A stretch of 64,000 nucleotides of DNA from Planctomycetota bacterium (lineage in GTDB: Bacteria; Planctomycetota; B15-G4; SIAN01): assembly GCA_016795285.1 (NCBI GenBank), contig JAEUIC010000030.1, forward strand, positions 148,435 to 212,434, in the 5' to 3' direction. A program made the translations under genes and the position numbers. The notes under the pieces were generated by a model that made no database searches, was not told the DNA's origin, and saw only the letters and a program-made list of their open reading frames with translations. Positions 28,622 through 38,453 of the stretch are shown here, one piece after another; position 1 is the stretch's first letter; each line of letters begins with the position of its first letter.

Positions 28622-30339
28622 GGCGTCTCCAGGTTCGAAACGAGCGCGGGGGCGCGCGCGGCGGCGAGCGCGGTCGCGAGCGCGGCGAGGAGCGGCGCGC
28701 CGGTCGGCAGCGCCGCCGTCACGACGTCGCGCACCTGCAGCGCCGCGAGCTGTACGGCGGTGGTCGCGCCGCCCGCGACGAAGCGCAGCGAAGCGGGCGC
28801 CGCCGCCAGGCGCGCGGCGACGCGCGGCCGCGCCAGGAAGGCGCGCGCGGCGCTCGGACTCGAGAGCAGCACGACCAGCGGCGCGTCGGGCAGCTCGGGA
28901 TCGTCGTCGAGGGCGACCGTCGCGTAGAGCGGCAGCGCGGTGACCGCGAAGCCGCGGGCGTCGAGTTCTCGCGCGAGCGTGCCTTCCGGCTCGAGCGGGC
29001 CAGGGTGGAGCACGCGCGCGCCGCGCGGCAGCTCCGCGGCGAGGAGCTGCGCGAAGGCGCGTCCGCCGCTGCCGTCGCCGACCAGCGAGGTGGCGGCGCC
29101 GTGCGCCGCGAGCGCGGCGGCGGTCGCGGGACCGATCGCGGCGTAGCGCGGGGCGCGGCGCGCGAGGTGGTGCTCCGCGACGCGCGCGGCGCGCAGGTGG
29201 TGGAACCAGCTCTGCACGGCGCGCTGGCTCGTGAAGGCGATCACATCGAACGCATCGATCGTGTCGCTGGCAGCGCGCGCGGCGACGAGCGTCGCGACGA
29301 GCGCGCCGTCGGTCGGCCGCTCGACGAAGTCGATCGCCGGTTGCGAGAGGTGGGGGAGGCGCTGCTCGCGCAGATGGGCGAGCAGCGACGCATCGAGGCC
29401 GCTCGGCCGGGTGAGCAGCACGATCGGCTGCTGCAGGAGCTGCGCGGCGGCGAGCGCTGCGGCGGTCTCGCCGTCCGGGCCGCGCGCGGTGACGTGGCGG
29501 AGCTCGCGCCGGCCCTCTTCGAGTTCGCGCGCGAGGCAGGCGTGCAGCACGATCTCCTGGCCCTCGCGCCGCGCCAGCGCGCCGAGCGGCAAGCTGCAGC
29601 CGCCGTCGAGCCGCGCCAGCAGCGCGCGCTCCGCTTCCGCGGCGTCGCGCGCGTCGCGATCGACCAGCGCCGCCACCGCTGCGGCGAGCTCGGGCTCACC
29701 GGCGCGCAGTCGCGCGGCCAGCACGCCCTGGCCGGGCGCCGGCAGGAAGCGCGGCGGATCGAGCGGCACGACGTCGAGGTCGGAGAGGTCGAGGGCGAGC
29801 CGCTCGAGGCCGGCGGCCGCCAGCACGATCGCGTCGTAGTCGCCGCGGCGCAGCTTCTCGACGCGCGTCGGCACGTTGCCGCGCAGGTCGACCACGTCGA
29901 TGCCGGGGCAGGCGTGCAGCAGCTGCGCGAAGCGGCGCGCCGAGCTGGTGCCGACGCGCGCGCCACGCGGCAATCGCAGCTCGCCGTCGCGCGTCGCGCC
30001 GTCGCTCGACGCCGGCCGCACGCCGCGGCGCGCCAGCAGCAGGTCGCGCGGATCGGCGCGCGGCAGCACCGGCAGCGTGACGAGGCCGTCGGGATCGTCG
30101 GTCGGCAGGTCCTTCAGCGAGTGGATGGCGAGATCGATCGCGCGCGACTCGAGCGCCTCGTCGAGCTCCTTGGTGAAGAACGCCTTGCCCTCGAGCTCGC
30201 GGAACGGCCGATCGCTGGCGTCGCCGCGCGTGGCGATGGTCACCAGCTCGACCGCGAGGCCGCCGGCGCGCAGCCGCTCGGCGACGAAGCCCGACTGGCG
30301 CAGGGCGAGCGCGCTGCCACGGGTGCCGAGCCGGATCAT
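28609..30339 (-). CDS. hemC: Fused hydroxymethylbilane synthase / uroporphyrinogen-III synthase
   Basis: The N-terminal ~300 aa (MIRLGTRGSALALRQS...AIHSLKDLPT...GNVPTRV) are HemC. The C-terminal ~260 aa (IVLLTRPSG...VIAFTSQRAV...VLLSSPSAARAF) are HemD-like. It is a single uninterrupted frame of 576 aa. Confidence 0.85.
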   Translation of the reverse strand: MIRLGTRGSALALRQSGFVAERLRAGGLAVELVTIATRGDASDRPFRELEGKAFFTKELDEALESRAIDLAIHSLKDLPTDDPDGLVTLPVLPRADPRDLLLARRGVRPASSDGATRDGELRLPRGARVGTSSARRFAQLLHACPGIDVVDLRGNVPTRVEKLRRGDYDAIVLAAAGLERLALDLSDLDVVPLDPPRFLPAPGQGVLAARLRAGEPELAAAVAALVDRDARDAAEAERALLARLDGGCSLPLGALARREGQEIVLHACLARELEEGRRELRHVTARGPDGETAAALAAAQLLQQPIVLLTRPSGLDASLLAHLREQRLPHLSQPAIDFVERPTDGALVATLVAARAASDTIDAFDVIAFTSQRAVQSWFHHLRAARVAEHHLARRAPRYAAIGPATAAALAAHGAATSLVGDGSGGRAFAQLLAAELPRGARVLHPGPLEPEGTLARELDARGFAVTALPLYATVALDDDPELPDAPLVVLLSSPSAARAFLARPRVAARLAAAPASLRFVAGGATTAVQLAALQVRDVVTAALPTGAPLLAALATALAAARAPALVSNLETPCPR

Positions 30340-31445
30340 CGCAACGCTCCTCGGCACGCGAGCGGGGCGGGTGCGCCGATCGGCGCAGCGCGCGCTGCGC
30401 AGCCTTCGCGGCGCTCGACGAAGAGGTGGCCGCGCCGCGCGATGGCCGCCTCGATCCACGCCTCGACGGCGGGAACGACGCCGGCGAGCTGCGCGGCGTG
30501 GTCGGCGGCGCGCGCGCGCAGGTCGTCGAGGTCGGCGCAATGGAAGCGGTCGCGCGCGGCCGGATCGACGTTGCGCGGCAGGCCGAGATCGACGACGCCG
30601 GCGCACAGCGGCAGGCGCGCGGCGAGCCACTCGGCGGAGAAGAGCGGCTGCTCGCACGACGTGGCGCCGATCAGGCCGCGCAGCGGCGTGCGCGCTTCGA
30701 GGAACTCCGCACGCGTCTGCCACGCGGTGCCGTGGCGCGCGGCGAGCGCGGCGCAGCGGCGCGCGTCGCGACCGACCACGAGCCAGCCGGCGCGCGCCTG
30801 CTTCGGACGCGCGGCGAGCAGCGCCTCCGCCATCGCGCCGGTGCCGACCAGCGCCAGCGGCGGTGCGTCAGGCAGCGCGTGGAGCTCCGCGCGCAGGTGG
30901 CGCAGCGCGAGGCGCGCGAGGTCGCAGCCGAGCTGCGCGAGGTCGGTCTCGCGGCGCACCTTCTTGCCGACCTGCAGCGCGAGGTCGAACGCCGAGCAGA
31001 GCGTCGCATCGAGCGCCGCCGCGTCGCGCGCGCGCTGCAGCGCCTCGCGCACCTGGCCGAGGATCTGCTCCTCGCCGAGCGCCGCCGACTCGAGCGCGCA
31101 GGCGACGCGCAGCAGGTGGCGCAGCGCCGCCTCGCCCGCGGCCGCGCGCAGCGCGTGCGGCTCGATCGGCGCCGGGAAAGCGGCGGCGTAGGCCGCGGCG
31201 AGGGTCTCCGCGTCGGGGTGGCGCTCGGTCGCGAGCGCGAGTTCGACGCGATTGCAGGTGACCAGCGCGATGGCGCCGCGCGCGCCGATCCGCTCGCGCG
31301 CGCGTGCGGCAGCGGCGAGCGGGTCGCCGGCAGCAGCGGCCAGCGCGGCCAGCTGGTCGAGCGGGAGGAGGCGCAGATCGCTTCCGACGGTCGCGAAGCA
31401 GCTCATGCGGGAGGTCATCGCCCGGCCGCCCGCGCGCTCCGTCAC
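30336..31445 (-). CDS. hemA: Glutamyl-tRNA reductase
   Basis: VTCNRVELA, ESAALGEEQILGQV and an NADPH-binding region LVGTGAMAE. The start is uncertain (31445, 31418 or 31406). The stop overlaps the hemC/D start (ATGA). Confidence 0.85.
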   Translation of the reverse strand: MTERAGGRAMTSRMSCFATVGSDLRLLPLDQLAALAAAAGDPLAAAARARERIGARGAIALVTCNRVELALATERHPDAETLAAAYAAAFPAPIEPHALRAAAGEAALRHLLRVACALESAALGEEQILGQVREALQRARDAAALDATLCSAFDLALQVGKKVRRETDLAQLGCDLARLALRHLRAELHALPDAPPLALVGTGAMAEALLAARPKQARAGWLVVGRDARRCAALAARHGTAWQTRAEFLEARTPLRGLIGATSCEQPLFSAEWLAARLPLCAGVVDLGLPRNVDPAARDRFHCADLDDLRARAADHAAQLAGVVPAVEAWIEAAIARRGHLFVERREGCAARAAPIGAPAPLACRGALR

Positions 31446-31452
31446 GGGAGGG

Positions 31453-32168
31453 TCACCTCGCGGGGAGGCGCGCCCCCTTGCGCACGATCACGTCGGAGCC
31501 ATCGGCGACCAGCGCCGAACTCGGCGCGCCGCGCAGGAACGGCGCGAACCGCTCGCCGTAGAGCGCGGCGACGTCGACGTCGAGCGTGCAGCTCTCGGCG
31601 CGCCAGACGTTCCAGCGCGGATGCTCGACCTGGTACTCGACGGTGCCGCCGTCGCGCTGCGCCGCGTAGCCCCAGTAGTGCTCGGTGATGAACTCCTCCT
31701 CCGAGCCGGGCAGCGCGGCGGAGGGCGCGCCGACGGTGGTGGCGGCGAGGCGATCCCAGCGGCCGCGATGGCGCCACGAGTAGCTGGTGGTGCCGGGCAG
31801 CGCGACCTCGTGGCGCATCGGCAGCGCGACGTACTTCTCGCCGTAGAGCGTGTTGGCGACCCACGCGATGGCGCGGCGCGGCACGATCTCCTTGACGAAG
31901 ACCACGGCGCGGCGCACCTCGCCGCCGACCTCGCGGCGCACGTAGAAGCGCAGGTTCACCTCGTCGAAGTCGGCGTGGAACGGGATCTTCACGCCGCGCA
32001 CGCGCGTCTCGAGGAACCGGAACCCGACCACGCTGGCGAGCGTCTTGCCGCGCCACGCATCGAGCAGCGTCCCGGCCGGCACGAACGGCGCGAGCAGCGC
32101 CGGGTCGACCTCGAAGTTGAGCATCACCAGCGCGCGCCACTGCGCGGAGAGGAAGACCGGCAGCGCGT

Positions 32169-32172
<4 letters not shown>
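31453..32172 (-). CDS. DUF2071 (YqjF-like) family protein
   Basis: GTG 32172 overlaps the argH stop (GTGA). WRALVMLNFEVDPALLAPFVP...FDEVNLRFYV...HPRWNVW fits the DUF2071 pattern. Confidence 0.7.
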
Positions 32173-33563
<1,391 letters not shown>

Positions 33564-33582
33564 CGGCGGCTCCGCAACGCGG

Positions 33583-34035
33583 TCACGTGGAAGGGGTCCG
33601 CGCCATGCCGAGCAGGGTCGCCGCGACGGTCGACGCGGTGGCGCTGTCGGGCGCGATCAGGAGGATCGTGTCGTCGCCGGCGAGCGAGGCGAGGATGCCG
33701 GCGACCGGCTCGCGATCGAGGACGACGGCGAGCGCACCGGCGTGGCCCGGCGCCGTCTTCAGCACCACGAGGTTCTGCGCGGGGATCGCCGAGAGGAGGA
33801 ACTCGGCGAGCGCGGCGGGGAGCTTGCGCGCCGCCGGCGCGGCGCTGGCGTCGGGCGGCAGCTGGTAGCCCTTCGCCCCCTTCACCAGCAGCAACTCGCG
33901 CAGGTCGCGCGAGAGGGTCGACTGGTTCACCTCGAAGCCGTGGTCGCGCAGCAGCGCGCGCAGCTGTTCCTGATTGGCGACACCGCCGGCGCGGACGAGT
34001 TCGACGATCTTCGAGTGTCGCAGCGCCTTGCTCAT
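33583..34035 (-). CDS. argR: Arginine repressor
   Basis: RHSKIVELV....V.NQEQLRALL...G.EVNQSTLSRDLREL winged helix plus a C-terminal oligomerisation domain ending in GDDTILLI. Confidence 0.85.
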   Translation of the reverse strand: MSKALRHSKIVELVRAGGVANQEQLRALLRDHGFEVNQSTLSRDLRELLLVKGAKGYQLPPDASAAPAARKLPAALAEFLLSAIPAQNLVVLKTAPGHAGALAVVLDREPVAGILASLAGDDTILLIAPDSATASTVAATLLGMARTPST

Positions 34036-34189
34036 GGGCGCGAAGAGTTTGGCGCGGAGGGGGGCGCCGATCTACGGTCAGGGTGCGCCGCGAAGGGCGG
34101 CGCGGCTCCGACCGCTGGCCCGGGGTTCGCCTCGACGCGCGCGCCACCGCTATCGTCCGCCGCCCGATCCATGTCCCCGGAGCGCGAAC

Positions 34190-35227
34190 TTGAGCGACCC
34201 TTCGACCAACGGCCACGGCCTCGACCTCGAGACGCTCGGCGCCCCCGCGGCGGGCGGCACGACCGGCCCCAAGATGCTGGTGCCGCTCTTCCTGGTGCCG
34301 CTGCTGATCGTCGCGGTCATCGTGGCGATCTTCATCGGCGTCGGCTCGGTCGTCGGGACGGAGAAGACGGTCGAGGACTGGATGAACGAGGTCGAGACCG
34401 GCGGCGTGAACGAGCGGTGGCAGGCGGCGGCCAACCTGACCGACGTCGCGTTGAAGGAGCCGGCGCGACTTGACTCCCCCGCGCTCCGCGCGCGGCTGCG
34501 CGCCCTCTTCACGGTCGATGGCCCCGAGGACACGCGGATCCGGAACTGGGTGGCGATCCTCTGGAGCGCGATCGGTGACGCGGAAGCCGCACCGCTGTTG
34601 GTGGGGCGGATCGGGCAGGTCGCCGAAGTGCTGAAAGCGACCGAAGATCGCACGAGCCCGGTGGGGCAGGCGGCGACTACCGAGCTGATCAACCACATGC
34701 GCGCGCTCTCGAAGGTCGGAAACGGCACAGAAGGGGAGGCGGCGGCCGTCCTCTTGACCGTCAAGGACGGCGACGTCGGGATCCGGACGGCGGCGGCGGC
34801 CGCGCTCGGCTCGATTGGTCGGAAAGCGATCGTCGCTGGCGGTGCGCCGGCCGAGTCGTGGGTGGCGGCCCTGCTCGAGCTGAACCGCGACGGCGACGCG
34901 TGGGTCGCGATGAACGCGGCGCTGGCGCTGGCGAAGTGCGGGCGAGCGGAGGGGTTGCCGACGCTCGAGACGATGGTCGATCGCGCGTGGCTCAAGTCGC
35001 AGCGGTTGAGCTTCCCCGACGACGGCCACTACTCCGTCGACTCGTTCGATCCGGCGGCGTCGCCGATCGCGTCGGCGCTGATCGCGATCGAGTCGATCTG
35101 GACGCTGAAGCAGGTCGACGCGGCGCGCGTCGCGTCGTTGCGCGCAGCGGTGGCGGTGGCCGCGAACGACCAGAACCCGGCGATCCAGGCGCGCGCGAAG
35201 GCGCTGCTGGCGAAGCTCGACGGTTGA
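34190..35227 (+). CDS. Membrane-anchored HEAT-repeat protein
   Basis: TM helix MLVPLFLVPLLIVAVIVAIFIGVG, then repeated helical units (RWQAAANL, IRTAAAAALGSIG, WVAMNAALALAKCG, NPAIQARAKALL). The start is TTG 34190 or ATG 34274. Confidence 0.6.
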   Translation: MSDPSTNGHGLDLETLGAPAAGGTTGPKMLVPLFLVPLLIVAVIVAIFIGVGSVVGTEKTVEDWMNEVETGGVNERWQAAANLTDVALKEPARLDSPALRARLRALFTVDGPEDTRIRNWVAILWSAIGDAEAAPLLVGRIGQVAEVLKATEDRTSPVGQAATTELINHMRALSKVGNGTEGEAAAVLLTVKDGDVGIRTAAAAALGSIGRKAIVAGGAPAESWVAALLELNRDGDAWVAMNAALALAKCGRAEGLPTLETMVDRAWLKSQRLSFPDDGHYSVDSFDPAASPIASALIAIESIWTLKQVDAARVASLRAAVAVAANDQNPAIQARAKALLAKLDG

Positions 35228-35285
35228 GCGCAGTGGGGTGATCGGAGCGCGGAGAAAGTCGCGCGCGGCGCATCTTTTCGCCTCG

Positions 35286-35314
35286 TTGCGAGCGTTCTCC
35301 ACGCTCGGTATGGT
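35286..35314 (+). promoter_or_regulatory. Candidate sigma70-type promoter for the respiratory block (TTGCGA-17 nt-TATGGT)
   Basis: The hexamers at 35286-35291 and 35309-35314 have a 17-nt spacer. They sit in a 219-nt intergenic region, ~130 nt upstream of the Rieske gene. Confidence 0.3.
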
Positions 35315-35446
35315 CCGCCGCTTCTTCCCGGGCCACGGAACGTGAGAGCGGCGGTCGCAGCGCGTGGATGGAACGCGCTTCGCCGAGTCGTTGCGCTCGT
35401 CACGTTCGCCGTCGTCGGTCTGGCGAGACGAAGCCAGGAGAGCTCG

Positions 35447-36211
35447 ATGGCAGATACCCCGGAGAAGCCGACGCCCGCTGCGGGCGCGACCCCTCCTGCA
35501 CCGCCCGCGGTTCCGGCCGCGGCACCGGCCGCGCCACCCACTGCGCCTGCGGCGGCGCCGCGTGCGCCTGTTGCTGCTGGTGCGGCTGCGCCGAGTGCGC
35601 CTGCGGCGGCGAGCGCACCCGCGGCAGCGCCGAAGCCGGCTGCGGCTGCGGCTGCGCCGGGTGTGGCGGCGGCGGCGGCGAAGCCCGCGGCGCCGCGTCC
35701 GAAGGTGCAACTCGTCTGGGAACCGAAGGAGCTCCATCGCCGCGACTGGATGTTGGTGGCGAGCTGGAGCCTCTTCGCGCTCTCGTCGTTGGTCGGCACG
35801 CTCTTCTACGTGCTGCGCTACCTCTTCCCGAACGTCACGTACGAGCCGCCGTTGCAGTTCAAGGCCGGCCTGCCGACCGAGTTCGCGCCGGGCCGCGTCG
35901 ACGAGCGCTTCAAGGCGTCGTTCGGCACCTGGGTCGTGCGCAACGAACTCGGGCTCTACGCGCTCTCGACGGTCTGCACGCACCTCGGCTGCACGCCGAA
36001 CTGGCTCGAGGGCGAGCAGAAGTTCAAGTGCCCGTGCCACGGCTCCGGTTTCCGCAAGACGGGCATCAACTTCGAGGGCCCGGCTCCGCGTCCGCTCGAG
36101 CGCTACCGCATCGGTCTCGCTGACGACGGTCAGGTGATGATCGACAAGAGCGCGAAGTTCCAGGGCGAGAAGGGCGAGTGGGCGAACCCGGAGTCGTTCC
36201 TCTACGTGTGA
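35447..36211 (+). CDS. Rieske [2Fe-2S] subunit of a cytochrome bc/b6f-type complex
   Basis: AGGAG RBS. CTHLGC...CPCHGSGF cluster-binding boxes, a Tat-like HRRDWML motif followed by a TM helix, and an ~95-aa Ala/Pro-rich N-terminal extension. Confidence 0.9.
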   Translation: MADTPEKPTPAAGATPPAPPAVPAAAPAAPPTAPAAAPRAPVAAGAAAPSAPAAASAPAAAPKPAAAAAAPGVAAAAAKPAAPRPKVQLVWEPKELHRRDWMLVASWSLFALSSLVGTLFYVLRYLFPNVTYEPPLQFKAGLPTEFAPGRVDERFKASFGTWVVRNELGLYALSTVCTHLGCTPNWLEGEQKFKCPCHGSGFRKTGINFEGPAPRPLERYRIGLADDGQVMIDKSAKFQGEKGEWANPESFLYV

Positions 36212-36267
36212 TCGCGCCGTAGGCGCCGCTCGGCTGCTGCCGAACGCGCCTCTGCAGGAGGGCCGAG

Positions 36268-37230
36268 ATGGCCGAAGAGAATCCGCAATCGCCGAGCAGC
36301 GGCGGTCCCCCGAAGCCGCCCGCGCCGACCCCAGCGGCGACGCCAGCGGCAGCCACGCCAGCCGCGGCCGCGCCTGCTGCGGCGACCGCGGCGAAGCCGG
36401 CCGCGAAGAAGGACGACGCGCGCATCGCGCCGCCGCAGAAGACCTACGTGCCGCGGCCCGGCCTGATGGACCAGATCAAGGACAGCCAGATCTGGCGCTC
36501 GGTCTTCCGGCACGGCTACCCGAACACGGTGCGCAACCGGTCGCTCGCGGTGCTGTCGAACGTCTTCCTGCACCTCCACCCGGTGAACGTGCGGACGTCC
36601 GGGTTGCGCCTCTCGTTCACCTGGTGCATGGGCGGCCTGACCTTCTTCCTCTTCCTGGTCGAGGTCATCACCGGCGTCCTGCTGATGTTCTATTACCGGC
36701 CCACCGGCGAGTACGCCTACCGCGACATCATCGCGATGGCCGAGCACGTGCCGATGGGGATCATGCGCGAGATCCATCGCTGGTCCGCGCACGCGATGGT
36801 GATCACCGTCTGGCTGCACATGTTCCGCGTCTTCATGACCGGCTCGTACAAGCCGCCGCGCGAGTTCAACTGGAACATCGGCGTCATCCTGCTGGTGCTG
36901 ACCCTGCTGCTGTCGTTCACCGGCTACCTGCTGCCGTGGGACCAGCTCGCGATCTGGGCCATCACCGTCGGCTCGAACATGGCGCGCGCCACGCCGATCG
37001 CCGGCTACGAGGGACCGCTCTCGTCGCTGATCTCGATCGACGACGTGAACCTCGTCCACTCGGGCGACGACATGCGCTTCGCGTTGCTCGGCGGCCGGTT
37101 CGTCGGCGAGGCGACGCTGCTGCGCTTCTACGTGTTGCACTGCATCTTCATCCCGCTGGTGGCGACCATCCTGATGGCCGTCCACTTCTGGCGCATCCGC
37201 AAGGATGGCGGGATCTCCGGGCCGTTGTGA
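36268..37230 (+). CDS. Cytochrome b, N-terminal (b6-like, four-helix, dihaem) subunit
   Basis: FLHLH, REIHRWSAHAMVITVWLHMFRVF, LPWDQLAIWA, YVLHCIFIPL (His pairs of helices B and D). Ala/Pro-rich N-terminal tail. Confidence 0.9.
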   Translation: MAEENPQSPSSGGPPKPPAPTPAATPAAATPAAAAPAAATAAKPAAKKDDARIAPPQKTYVPRPGLMDQIKDSQIWRSVFRHGYPNTVRNRSLAVLSNVFLHLHPVNVRTSGLRLSFTWCMGGLTFFLFLVEVITGVLLMFYYRPTGEYAYRDIIAMAEHVPMGIMREIHRWSAHAMVITVWLHMFRVFMTGSYKPPREFNWNIGVILLVLTLLLSFTGYLLPWDQLAIWAITVGSNMARATPIAGYEGPLSSLISIDDVNLVHSGDDMRFALLGGRFVGEATLLRFYVLHCIFIPLVATILMAVHFWRIRKDGGISGPL

Positions 37231-37305
37231 CCGCAGGCCAGCTGCTGGTGGGATCGATGACCCCGGATCGGAGCTGACCGCTCCGACGAACTTCGAGGGA
37301 CGGGC

Positions 37306-38376
37306 GTGAAGGAATTCTTCAACGCACTCGCTGACCCGAGCCGCTTCTTCCTGATCTTCACCGTCGCGGTCTTCGCGATGCTGAAGTGGCGGGAGTTCTT
37401 CACGGCACCGAAGGTCGCGCTGACGATCTTCTTCGGCGCCGTCGTCTTCTTCGTCTGGGCGATCCGCGACCCGGGCTTCAAGGCGAACATCACCAAGCCC
37501 GACAACATCCCGATCATCTTCATGCTGTTCCTGGTCGGGTTCTTCTCGTGGTTGTCGCTCTACCGCGCGGTGAAGAACGATCGCCGCATCGATCGCGGCG
37601 AGCTGCCCGAGGAGGCGGTCGAGAACCCGAAGAAGGTGCTGACCTGGCCGGACCTCGTCTACAGCGAGTTCCTCTGCATGCTGATCGGCACGGCCGTGCT
37701 GCTGATCTGGGCGCTGCTGCTGAAGGCGCCGCTCGAGGAGCCGGCCAACCCGAACAAGACGCCGAACCCGTCGAAGGCGCCGTGGTACTTCCTCGGGTTG
37801 CAGGAGATGCTGGTCTACTTCGACCCGTGGCTCGCCGGCGTCATCCTGCCGGGCCTGATCGTGAACGGCCTAATGGCGATCCCGTACGTCGACACCAACC
37901 CGAAGGGCAACGGCTACTACACCTTCAAGGAACGGCCGTTCGCCATCACGTCGTTCTTCTTCGGGTTCATCGTCCTCTGGGTGTCGATGATCATCCTGAT
38001 GACGTTCCTGCGCGGCCCGAACCAGGCGTTCTTCGGCCCCTTCGAGCCGTGGAACCTCCACAAGGTCGAGCCGACCGTCAACATCCAGTTCAGCCAGATC
38101 TTCTGGGAGCAGTGGCTCGGCACCAGTCGCCCGACCGGCTGGTTCCTGCGCGAGCTGCCCGGCATCGCGCTGGTGGTGGGCTACCTCGCCATCACGCCGA
38201 TGCTGCTGGCGAAGACCGTCTGCAAGAAGATGGTCGCCCAGATGGGCAACCCGCGCTACCTGACCATGATGATCATGTTCCTGATCATGGTGGCGATGCC
38301 GATCAAGATGGTGCTGCGCTGGACGTTCAACCTGCAGTTCATCGTGAACATCCAAGAGCTCTTCCTGAACATCTGA
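37306..38376 (+). CDS. Cytochrome b C-terminal domain / subunit-IV-like membrane subunit (extended)
   Basis: The PNPSKAPWYFLGLQEML motif is the equivalent of PEWY. There are multiple TM helices before and after it; 356 aa is longer than a classical subunit IV. Confidence 0.8.
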   Translation: MKEFFNALADPSRFFLIFTVAVFAMLKWREFFTAPKVALTIFFGAVVFFVWAIRDPGFKANITKPDNIPIIFMLFLVGFFSWLSLYRAVKNDRRIDRGELPEEAVENPKKVLTWPDLVYSEFLCMLIGTAVLLIWALLLKAPLEEPANPNKTPNPSKAPWYFLGLQEMLVYFDPWLAGVILPGLIVNGLMAIPYVDTNPKGNGYYTFKERPFAITSFFFGFIVLWVSMIILMTFLRGPNQAFFGPFEPWNLHKVEPTVNIQFSQIFWEQWLGTSRPTGWFLRELPGIALVVGYLAITPMLLAKTVCKKMVAQMGNPRYLTMMIMFLIMVAMPIKMVLRWTFNLQFIVNIQELFLNI

Positions 38377-38453
38377 GCTGAACTTCAGAGCTCAGGCAGC
38401 ACGGGATCGAGGCCTCGAAGCAGCAGCCGGACGCAACGACCAGGAGCGGAGAC

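Noticed and set aside
28603-31688. 862-aa, 461-aa and 420-aa plus-strand ORFs across the hemB-hemA region
   Set aside because: They are antisense to hemB, hemC/D and hemA, which are unambiguous on the minus strand. No motifs were seen and the composition is extreme.
34036-34190. Search for ARG boxes (ArgR operators) in the argR/HEAT divergent region
   Set aside because: I found no AT-rich 18-bp palindrome resembling TNTGAAT-N4-ATTCANA. Operators in this lineage may differ, so nothing could be called.
35470-35700. GCN-rich imperfect repeats (also at 36300-36420 and 62100-62215) considered as CRISPR or a non-coding tandem repeat
   Set aside because: There is no regular repeat-spacer periodicity. 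They lie in frame inside CDSs and encode Ala/Pro low-complexity tails.
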